Shown piece after piece: positions 56,175 through 64,000 of a stretch of 64,000 nt of DNA (the first letter of the stretch is position 1; every line of letters starts with the position of its first letter). A model generated the notes under the pieces. It had not been told where the DNA came from and searched no databases. It worked only from the letters and a program-made list of their open reading frames with translations. The position numbers and the translations under genes are program-made. The stretch is from an uncultured bacterium (GTDB lineage: Bacteria; Patescibacteriota; CPR2; UBA1875; CAIMLA01), in the NCBI GenBank assembly GCA_903842085.1, contig CAIMLA010000050.1, positions 5,133-69,132 on the forward strand. Direction: 5' to 3'.

Positions 56175-58355
56175 TTATTTCTTTCTGACTGACTGGACCC
56201 CTTCTATCCTTCCAATTTTTGGCAAGAGCTCTGTTAAAATATCGGGGTTTTCAATACTGAAAGAAAGGTCAATAAAACTAACATTTTTTTCCGAATTATA
56301 GGCCTTCAAATCTTCAATCACGATGTTTTCTCGTGCAATGAGTGCTGCAATATCTCGAACCAGACCGACTCTGTTTTTCCCTAATATCTCAACCCTTGTT
56401 CTTAGTTTAGACGGTATATCAAAGTCGATCTCGACTATTCTGTCTTGAGAACTAGTTAAGAGACTATGACAGTTTGATTTATGAATCGTTACCCCTTGTC
56501 CTTGGGTGATATAACCTTTTACTTTATCGCCTTTTTTGGGCTTGCAACATTCTCCATACCGGACCAATATGCCTGATAAATTTAGTCTTTTCTCTTCTGG
56601 TTCAACCGTCTTGGTTTGATTTTTTGTTTCTTTTTTAGCCTCAAGCTCATCATAAAGTCTCTGTCCTACAATTTTTCTTATAATTTGCTTGGCCGTGATC
56701 GTTCCATCGCCAATTGCTGATAAAAGATCGTCCCAACTCCTCCAATTTGTCTCATCAAGGATTTTTTTCTTTACTTCTTCGCTAATGTCTCCCCCGTCTA
56801 GACTGAATACTCTAAGATCAGAAAGTAGTATTTTACTGCCCTGCTCTATATTTTCCTCTCGATTGGATTGACGATACCAATTCTTGATCCGCTGTTTGGC
56901 TTTTGCCGTTTTTACATGTTCCAACCAATCACGTGCTGGTCCCGTCTTGTCATTCTTGGGAGCCAAGACTATCTCTACGACATCTCTATTATTGAGCTGA
57001 TAGTTAAGATTGACAATTTTTCCATTTACCTTTGCGCCTCGGCATCTATTGCCAACGGCTGAATGAAGTTCATAAGCAAAGTCTATCGGGGTTGCCCCTT
57101 CGGGCAAATCAAAGATATTCCCCTTTGGACTAAAGACAAAAATCCTATCATTAAAAAGATCAATTTGAAGCTCTTCCGCTAAGTTTGTGTTAATTGAGAC
57201 ATTTTTTTGCCAGTTCGCCAGTTTATTTACCCACCCTAGTTTTTCTTGTGGAGCAAAAGAGCTTACTCCTTTTTTGTAAACATTAAGCTTGCTTTCGTTA
57301 TAGTGCCAATGTGCGGCGATGCCATTTTCAGCTTCTTCGTGCATTTTTATTGTCCTAATTTGGATCTCAGTAATTTTTCCCTTTATGCCAAAAACTGTTG
57401 TGTGTAGGGACTGATATCCATTTGGCTTCGGCACGGCGATATAATCTTTAATCAAATATATCATCGGTTTGAACCGAGCGTGAATAATCCCCATCGCCTT
57501 ATAGCATTCCTCAATATTGTTAACAACCACTCTAATCGCTAATAAATCGTAGATCTTACTAAAATCATTATTGACCTTATTTAGTTTTTTATAGATAGAA
57601 TAGAGGTGCTTAACTCGACCATCGATTTTTGCCTTTATGGCTTCTTCTTCAAGATCATTTGTGATTATTCTGTTAATATGAGCTAGATAATTCTTCCGTT
57701 CCCTTTCATTTTTTGTCACCAACCCTTCAATAATCTTAAAATCTTCCGGGTTTGAAAATCGAAAGGCCAGATCCTCAAGTTCTGCTTTTATTTGGCCCAT
57801 ACTAAGCCTATCCGCCAAGGGGGCAAATATTTCTAAAGTCTCTCTTGAAATACGTTTTTGGTCGGCGATGGCCAAGAAATTAAGCGTTCTCATGTTGTGG
57901 AGTCGATCCGCGAGTTTTATAATCACCACTCGGACATCTTTTGCCATCGCCAGAAAAAATCGCCTTAAGTTCTCAATTTCGTGTTGAAATTTTATTTCTT
58001 GGATATTTTGATCAGGTAATTTTGAAAAGTCAATTTCACCCAGGATAGTGACGCCTTCAACTAAATCCTTTATTTTGCTACCAAAAAGTTTTTCTATTTC
58101 TTCTGGAGTGACGTCGCTGTCTTCGATTGTATCATGCAATAAAGCGGCGGCGATTGTGGTCTCGTCCAGTCCCATTTCCGCTAAAATCCCCGCCACGGCC
58201 AATGGATGGGTGATATAGTCATCACCGGACAGTCTTTTTTGATTTGCGTGCTTTTCTTTAGCAAACTCATAAGAGCTGATGATCAAATCTCGATCAAAAT
58301 CATTCTTATCTTTTTGGACTATCTCGATAACTTTTTCGATATCAATTTTGTACAA
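56175..58355 (-). CDS. relA: Long RelA/SpoT homolog, (p)ppGpp synthetase/hydrolase
   Basis: HD hydrolase (LLHDTIED), synthetase (YQSLHT, EIQIRT, AAHWHY), TGS, zinc-finger and ACT domains. Confidence 0.96.
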   Translation of the reverse strand: MYKIDIEKVIEIVQKDKNDFDRDLIISSYEFAKEKHANQKRLSGDDYITHPLAVAGILAEMGLDETTIAAALLHDTIEDSDVTPEEIEKLFGSKIKDLVEGVTILGEIDFSKLPDQNIQEIKFQHEIENLRRFFLAMAKDVRVVIIKLADRLHNMRTLNFLAIADQKRISRETLEIFAPLADRLSMGQIKAELEDLAFRFSNPEDFKIIEGLVTKNERERKNYLAHINRIITNDLEEEAIKAKIDGRVKHLYSIYKKLNKVNNDFSKIYDLLAIRVVVNNIEECYKAMGIIHARFKPMIYLIKDYIAVPKPNGYQSLHTTVFGIKGKITEIQIRTIKMHEEAENGIAAHWHYNESKLNVYKKGVSSFAPQEKLGWVNKLANWQKNVSINTNLAEELQIDLFNDRIFVFSPKGNIFDLPEGATPIDFAYELHSAVGNRCRGAKVNGKIVNLNYQLNNRDVVEIVLAPKNDKTGPARDWLEHVKTAKAKQRIKNWYRQSNREENIEQGSKILLSDLRVFSLDGGDISEEVKKKILDETNWRSWDDLLSAIGDGTITAKQIIRKIVGQRLYDELEAKKETKNQTKTVEPEEKRLNLSGILVRYGECCKPKKGDKVKGYITQGQGVTIHKSNCHSLLTSSQDRIVEIDFDIPSKLRTRVEILGKNRVGLVRDIAALIARENIVIEDLKAYNSEKNVSFIDLSFSIENPDILTELLPKIGRIEGVQSVRKK

Positions 58356-60084
58356 CTTCTTTACTCTCTTTCATATCAATAATATGGAGATCGATATTTT
58401 TAGTATTATTCCATTCGTTTAACTCAACAGTGTAGATAATGTCAACTATTTCTGATTTCAACTTCTCAAGATTAGGCCCAAAGTTAAAATACATTCCTGG
58501 GATTTTATAGCCTGCCCCGTCCTTTAAAACTAGTTTAAGGTGATTTTTTTCTTTTCCGACTAGCTTCTTCTCATAGACGTTGACCGCATAAGTCATAAAA
58601 CGAGGTTTGTTATTGCCACAACCAAAGGGTTCTAATTTTTCTAAATTATCGATTAATTCTTGATCAATATTTTTGAACGATAATCGACAATCAATTTTTA
58701 TTTCTGGAACCAAATCTTCCCAACTAATTAATTTGTCTGAGATCTTAATTAATTTAGCCTCTAATGCCTTGAAGTTAGTCTTCTTCATTGTAAAACCAGC
58801 CGCTTGGGAGTGGCCACCATATTTAATAAAGAGTTCACGACACTCATCTAGGGCCCTGATTAAATCGAATTCCTTTATTGATCGGGCTGATCCCTTCAAC
58901 ATTTCTTTTTCTTCTTCCATAATGAGAATTGGCCGATGATACCTATCGGCCAGCCTCGAAGCTGCAATACCGATAATGCCGGCGGGCCAATCCTTACTTT
59001 TTAACAAAAATATTTTTCTATTTTTTTCATACTTATTTTCTACTATCACTGCTTTGGCCTCACTAACAATCCGTTCTGTCTCTTTCTGGCGTAACTGATT
59101 TAGTTCGTTTAGTTCTATGGAAATTTCATTTAACTCGTGCTCATCTTTCTCTAACAATAACTGGAGGCTGAGACTAGCATTTTTTAACCTTCCGGCTGCG
59201 TTTAATCTCGGGCCCAAGCCAAAACCGACATTATAGCTATTAATCCTTTTGTTTTCGAGCCCAATTGACTGTATCAGTGCTTGTAAGCCAAGGTTCCTAC
59301 TCTTGCCAAGGACTTTTAGTCCATATTTGGCTAAGATTCTATTATCTCCAGACAAAGGCACGATGTCACAGATCGTTCCTAGTGCGACCAAATCAAGAAA
59401 CCACTTCTCTTGCCCCTCCGGCAGTGATTGAATAAGGTTTTTTTGTAACGCTCTAATCAAACAAAAAGCAACTCCGACACCAGCCAGTTCGTTTACTTTA
59501 TTTTCGTTACTTGTCCTTTTGGGATTGACGACGATGCAATCTGGCAGGATCTCTTTATCGTTTATTTTCGTTATTTCGTGATGATCAGTTACGACTACTT
59601 CAAGTCCTATTTTTTTGGCATAGGCGATCTCTTTGATCGAACTTGAGCCACAGTCAACCGTTATGACCAAATCAATTTGGTCTTTTTTCATTCTCTCAAT
59701 TGAACTCTTATTTAAACCATAACCTTCTTCTTGCCTTGAAGGGATATATGAGCTAACTTCAAGGCCGACTATTTCAAAAAACCGAACCAACAAAGCGGTT
59801 GCGCTAACACCGTCGACGTCATAATCTCCATAGATTGCGATTCTTTTCTTTTCGCTAATCGCTTTCTCGATAACCCCGACTGCCTCGTTCATCCCCTTAA
59901 TCTGACTGGGGAGAGAAAGGTTTTCATATTTTATATTTAAAAAATCTTCTGCTTCTTGCTCGCTCGTTAGGCCTCTCTGCGACAAGATACTTATTAAAAT
60001 TGGAGGGATCTTCCCCGACCTAAACTTGTCAGGAAGGGGCAATATCCAACTCTTATCGACCGGTGGGGTAGTCTCTTCTGCCAT
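58342..60084 (-). CDS. recJ: ssDNA exonuclease RecJ
   Basis: GDYDVDG, TVDCG, TDHH, PRLNAAGR, GSARS, GGHSQAAG. Confidence 0.97.
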   Translation of the reverse strand: MAEETTPPVDKSWILPLPDKFRSGKIPPILISILSQRGLTSEQEAEDFLNIKYENLSLPSQIKGMNEAVGVIEKAISEKKRIAIYGDYDVDGVSATALLVRFFEIVGLEVSSYIPSRQEEGYGLNKSSIERMKKDQIDLVITVDCGSSSIKEIAYAKKIGLEVVVTDHHEITKINDKEILPDCIVVNPKRTSNENKVNELAGVGVAFCLIRALQKNLIQSLPEGQEKWFLDLVALGTICDIVPLSGDNRILAKYGLKVLGKSRNLGLQALIQSIGLENKRINSYNVGFGLGPRLNAAGRLKNASLSLQLLLEKDEHELNEISIELNELNQLRQKETERIVSEAKAVIVENKYEKNRKIFLLKSKDWPAGIIGIAASRLADRYHRPILIMEEEKEMLKGSARSIKEFDLIRALDECRELFIKYGGHSQAAGFTMKKTNFKALEAKLIKISDKLISWEDLVPEIKIDCRLSFKNIDQELIDNLEKLEPFGCGNNKPRFMTYAVNVYEKKLVGKEKNHLKLVLKDGAGYKIPGMYFNFGPNLEKLKSEIVDIIYTVELNEWNNTKNIDLHIIDMKESKEVVQN

Positions 60085-60101
60085 AAATTTCTCGATTTAA
60101 T

Positions 60102-60995
60102 TTAAGATTTTAATTGCTTGGTTTTCTTATCTTTATAGTTTTGCCAGGTAACGAGTAATGAGGCTGAATTAAAGATTGAAGAGTAAGTCCCAAGAAGGAT
60201 CCCGATCACAAGAGTGAGGACGAAATATTTTATACTATCACCGCCGAATAGATATAAGATAAAGACTATGATAAAAGCGAGAAAAGAAGTACTGAGATCC
60301 CGTCCTAACATTTCGACAATGCTTCGATTAACCACCTCAGAAAAGTTTTCAGAGGTTCCTTTTATTAAGTTTTCCCTGATCCGGTCGTAGATAACAACCG
60401 TGTCATGAACCGAAAATCCAATGACGGTTAAGACTGCGGTAATAAATAATGGGTCAACTTCAATATTAAACAAGACGCCTAAAATAGAGAAGATTCCCAG
60501 TAGAGCCAAAGCGTCGTGCAATATGCCCGCGACGGCGGTCGTGCCAAAGGTCCACGAGTTTGCGGGTTTAGGCACCTTCCGAAACGTATAAGCCAGGTAG
60601 AGAACGATTAAGATCGATGACAAGAAAATCGAGATAAAAGCCCGTTGAGTGATTTCTTTAGAAATTGACGGTCCCACTGTTTCGATCCTGATTTCTTTAA
60701 CGTTTTTTATCTTATTCAAGTCCGTCTTGAATTTTTTGTGGTTTTCTTCCGTTACTACTTTAGACCGAATAACTAAATTATTGTTATTTTCTGTTATCGT
60801 TACATTTTCGAAGTTGGCCTTTTTTGTGATTTCTTCGATTTTTGTTTTGTCATTTGTGCCTTCAATTTCAATGATTGTTCCACCTGTGAAATCGACCGAC
60901 AGTCTGAGCCCATATAAGGCGAGCGATATTATCCCTGGTAGGATAATAATAAAAGAGAGGAGATACCACCATTTTCTGTATTTTATGATATTCAC
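60102..60995 (-). CDS. secF: Protein translocase subunit SecF
   Basis: DFTGG, VGPSI, HD, GFSVHDTVVIYDRIRE, GTYSSIF. Confidence 0.96.
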   Translation of the reverse strand: MNIIKYRKWWYLLSFIIILPGIISLALYGLRLSVDFTGGTIIEIEGTNDKTKIEEITKKANFENVTITENNNNLVIRSKVVTEENHKKFKTDLNKIKNVKEIRIETVGPSISKEITQRAFISIFLSSILIVLYLAYTFRKVPKPANSWTFGTTAVAGILHDALALLGIFSILGVLFNIEVDPLFITAVLTVIGFSVHDTVVIYDRIRENLIKGTSENFSEVVNRSIVEMLGRDLSTSFLAFIIVFILYLFGGDSIKYFVLTLVIGILLGTYSSIFNSASLLVTWQNYKDKKTKQLKS

Positions 60996-62347
60996 TTTTG
61001 TACTTCCTTCTCTACCCTAAACAACCAATTTCTTTTAGTGAATTTTCTTTTTGAGATTAAGTCGATCAATGTTTGCGTCCCTAGATAGGTCGTCACTAGT
61101 CCAACAACTATCCCAATCGCCAAGGTAATTGCAAACCCTCTAATCATCCCTCCGGCCGTATATAAAATGGCACAGATAATTAAGCTGACCGCGTTCGAAT
61201 CTCGGACGCTTGGCCAGGCTCTCTTAAAGCCTAGTTTTGAGGCGGCGATAAAAGCATGACCGTTTCTTAGCTCTTCCCTTATTCTTTCAAAGACGAGCAC
61301 ATCCGTTTCCATCGACATCCCAATCGATAAGATTAAGCCCGCCACTCCAGCCATCGTCAGCGTAACCCCAAAGACCTTAAATATCGCCAGCATAAATAAA
61401 AGATATAATCCAAGACCAATTGTAGAAAATATTCCCAAAAATCGGTAATAAATTATCATATAGATCGAAACCGCAATAATCCCCAAGACGGCGGCAATCA
61501 AACTTTTATTTATCGATTCTTGACCTAACGAAGCCCCAACCGTTCTTTGCTCGATCACTTTAATCGAAGCTGGTAACGCGCCTGCATTAAGTTGGATCGA
61601 AAGCGTCTTGGCTTCATTGAAAGTAAACTTCCCCGTTATCTGGGCATTTCCGCCAACAATTTTTTCATTTACTTTCGGCGCAGAAACAATTTTATCATCT
61701 AGATAGATCGCAATCGGTTGTCCAACATTTCTACCCGTTATCTCTTCAAACTTCTTTGCTCCATCAGCATTAAATTGAATTGAAACCTGTGGTTCGTTTG
61801 TGTTTGGGTCAAAAGTAACATCGGCTTTCTTTAAATCTTTTCCATTTAACCCAGTTCCCACAAATTCGCTATTTTTATATTCCTTAAATTCCAACTGAGC
61901 CGTCTTCCCAATTAAATCAAGGGCTTCATCGGTGTTTTTTATTCCTGCTAACTCAACAGAGACCCTGTATTCGTTACCACTTTTTGAAGTCCGAACAATT
62001 GGCTCGGTTAACCCAAAGGCGTTGACTCTATTTTCTATGACTTTTTTTAACGAATCCATAGCACTGGTCTTGTCTTTTTCCGGTATCTTTGAAAGGTCTG
62101 CAACATAGACAATTGAGCTTCCGCCTTGCAAGTCTAGTCCCTCTTTTATTTTATAATTAATTGTAAAATTAACCAGATCACCTTTTGTTTCTACTTTCAC
62201 AAAAGGTGCCTTTTTCTCAAAGCTTATATTTGGTTTAGGTATTTTGACCTTTATTTCATAAGGCCAACTAATAATCCCCGCCACAATCACGAGAATTATT
62301 AGAAAAGCTAAGCGCAACCATATTTTTTTCTTTCTTCTCATATTCAA
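60992..62347 (-). CDS. secD: Protein translocase subunit SecD
   Basis: GLDLQGG, RVNAFGLTEP, LNAGALP, VGASLG, FERIREE. Confidence 0.96.
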   Translation of the reverse strand: MNMRRKKKIWLRLAFLIILVIVAGIISWPYEIKVKIPKPNISFEKKAPFVKVETKGDLVNFTINYKIKEGLDLQGGSSIVYVADLSKIPEKDKTSAMDSLKKVIENRVNAFGLTEPIVRTSKSGNEYRVSVELAGIKNTDEALDLIGKTAQLEFKEYKNSEFVGTGLNGKDLKKADVTFDPNTNEPQVSIQFNADGAKKFEEITGRNVGQPIAIYLDDKIVSAPKVNEKIVGGNAQITGKFTFNEAKTLSIQLNAGALPASIKVIEQRTVGASLGQESINKSLIAAVLGIIAVSIYMIIYYRFLGIFSTIGLGLYLLFMLAIFKVFGVTLTMAGVAGLILSIGMSMETDVLVFERIREELRNGHAFIAASKLGFKRAWPSVRDSNAVSLIICAILYTAGGMIRGFAITLAIGIVVGLVTTYLGTQTLIDLISKRKFTKRNWLFRVEKEVQK

Positions 62348-62432
62348 CTCATTACTACGATATAATATACGATTTCTTCTTATCGGTAAAGATTCATTCG
62401 CTATATTCTATCATTACCGCTAAAATATTCTT

Positions 62433-64000
62433 ATGAATTATTATGAAATTGTGCCATTTTCTAATCTCGGTCGAAATCTATCTGTTTTGAGTTACGGCTT
62501 TGATGGAGATCTTATTCAAGGTCAGGCCGTTCTAATTCCTTTAAGACAAAAGGTCGCCGTTGGGATTGTTATAAAAAAAGTTGCTAAACCTCCCTTTGAG
62601 ACTAAGGTCATTACAAAATTAATCTACCAAAAGCCAGTTCTCGATCAAGATAGATTATCTTTGGCTTTCTGGATGAGCGAGTATTATGCTTGTTCATTAA
62701 CGACCGTCCTACAATCATTTCTACCCGCTGGTCTTGATAAAAAACGACGCTTAGTCACTCATAAAAAGCAAATTTTTTTAAAAGATTTATTACCAAAACT
62801 AACAAAAGACCAAACAACCGTCATTGATAGCATTTCTTTAAAAACTGACAAACCACATTTAATCCATGGCGTCACTGGCTCTGGGAAAACCGAGATATAT
62901 CTTAGATTGATAAGCGACAAGATTAAGGCTGGCCAACAAGCCCTAGTTCTAGTTCCAGAGATTTCATTGACACCACAAATGCTCCATGTTTTTCAAGATC
63001 GGTTTGGAGACCAGGTCGTCTTGATGCATAGCTATTTAAAAGATAGTGAACGTTTTAATAATTGGAGTTTAATTTTTGAGAACAAAGCAAAAATTGTCAT
63101 TGGCTCCCGCAGCGCTTTATTTGCCCCATTTTCAAATCTAGGCATAATCATCATCGATGAAGAGCACGAAAATACCTATAAACAAGATCAGACCCCAAGA
63201 TATAACACCATTAAAGTTGCCAGAAAATTAGCAGAAATCACAAAATGTGAGTTAGTCTTAGGCAGTGCGACTCCTTCTATCGAAAGTTTTTATGCCACAA
63301 GCATTGGTGAAATGTATCTTGATTCCTTGAGTAACAGAATTGTTCAAACAAACTTACCAAAGATTGATTTGGTTGATATGAGAACTGAATTTCAATTTGG
63401 AAACACCACCATTTTCTCCGGTTTATTAATCGACAAAATCAAACAAAATTTACAAGCGAAAAGACAAGTCCTCCTCTTTATCAATCGACGGGGCATGTCA
63501 ACTTTTATTAATTGTAGAGATTGTGGCTATGTCGCGAAATGTCCGAACTGTGATCTTTCTTTGACCTTTCACCTTAATAGCCTAAATTTGATTTGCCATC
63601 ATTGTAATTATCAAGAAAGAATACCGACCATTTGTCCTTCTTGTCAGAGCCTAGCCATCAAATATTTTGGCACCGGAACCCAAAGAGTCGAATCTGAATT
63701 AAAGAATGTTTTTGGCTTACCCTATACGATCGCTCGAATGGATCACGATAGCACAAAAAAAAGAGGTAGTCATGAAGATATTTTCTTAAAATTCAAGAAT
63801 AAAGATATCGATATCTTAATCGGGACTCAGATGATTACAAAAGGATGGGATCTACCAAATCTTGGCCTGGTGGGGATAATCTCTGCTGACACTTCCTTAA
63901 ATCTACCAGATTATAACTCCGCCGAGCAAACGTTTGATCTGATTACTCAGGTTTCAGGGCGAACTGGCCGAGGCGATCATCCAGGGGATGTCGTTTTGCA
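62433..64000 (+). CDS. priA: Primosomal protein N' (PriA), truncated by window end
   Basis: Not in the ORF track. Manual translation from ATG 62433 gives MNYYEIVPF..., HGVTGSGKTE, LVPEISLTPQ, IIDEEHE, GSATPS, tandem CxxC zinc motifs, GTQ, QVSGRTGR. Confidence 0.95.
   Translation, partial: MNYYEIVPFSNLGRNLSVLSYGFDGDLIQGQAVLIPLRQKVAVGIVIKKVAKPPFETKVITKLIYQKPVLDQDRLSLAFWMSEYYACSLTTVLQSFLPAGLDKKRRLVTHKKQIFLKDLLPKLTKDQTTVIDSISLKTDKPHLIHGVTGSGKTEIYLRLISDKIKAGQQALVLVPEISLTPQMLHVFQDRFGDQVVLMHSYLKDSERFNNWSLIFENKAKIVIGSRSALFAPFSNLGIIIIDEEHENTYKQDQTPRYNTIKVARKLAEITKCELVLGSATPSIESFYATSIGEMYLDSLSNRIVQTNLPKIDLVDMRTEFQFGNTTIFSGLLIDKIKQNLQAKRQVLLFINRRGMSTFINCRDCGYVAKCPNCDLSLTFHLNSLNLICHHCNYQERIPTICPSCQSLAIKYFGTGTQRVESELKNVFGLPYTIARMDHDSTKKRGSHEDIFLKFKNKDIDILIGTQMITKGWDLPNLGLVGIISADTSLNLPDYNSAEQTFDLITQVSGRTGRGDHPGDVVL

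Noticed and set aside
1-64000. CRISPR arrays, tRNA/rRNA genes, transposases, integrases, prophage, alternative genetic code
   Set aside because: No spaced direct-repeat arrays, cloverleafs or mobile-element ORFs seen; conserved genes are full length under code 11 and several end in TGA

Overview
A 64 kb, AT-rich, gene-dense stretch of bacterial core chromosome in standard code 11. All but seven CDSs lie on the - strand. Gene content points to a Patescibacteria/CPR organism (inference): canonical operons are stripped (no pyrH, cdsA or dxr in the rpsB-tsf-frr-uppS-rseP-proS run), and a CPR-type conserved hypothetical and many apparently leaderless genes are present. It encodes replication/repair (recR, ybaB, dnaB, dnaX, recJ, priA, parAB), translation (rplJ/L, rpsB, tsf, frr, rpmE, prfA, rplU, rpsU, proS, ileS, hisS, tgt, map), shape/division (mreBCD, mrdA, rodA, ftsAZ), secDF, relA, a GtrA/GT2/2xGT-C glycosylation cluster and an NrdR-regulated anaerobic ribonucleotide reductase operon. 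No rRNA, tRNA, CRISPR array or mobile element was seen. Two features stand out. (1) An unannotated ~580-nt GC-rich, densely base-paired element at ~43840-44419 (- strand) has its own near-consensus sigma70 promoter, GNRA tetraloops and candidate pseudoknots, and matches no housekeeping RNA I can recognise: a candidate novel large ncRNA. (2) The class III RNR has its glycyl-radical domain encoded as a separate 53-aa ORF (45459-45620) that the ORF track missed. All calls come from reading the sequence and from motif recall; no database searches or folding programs were run.
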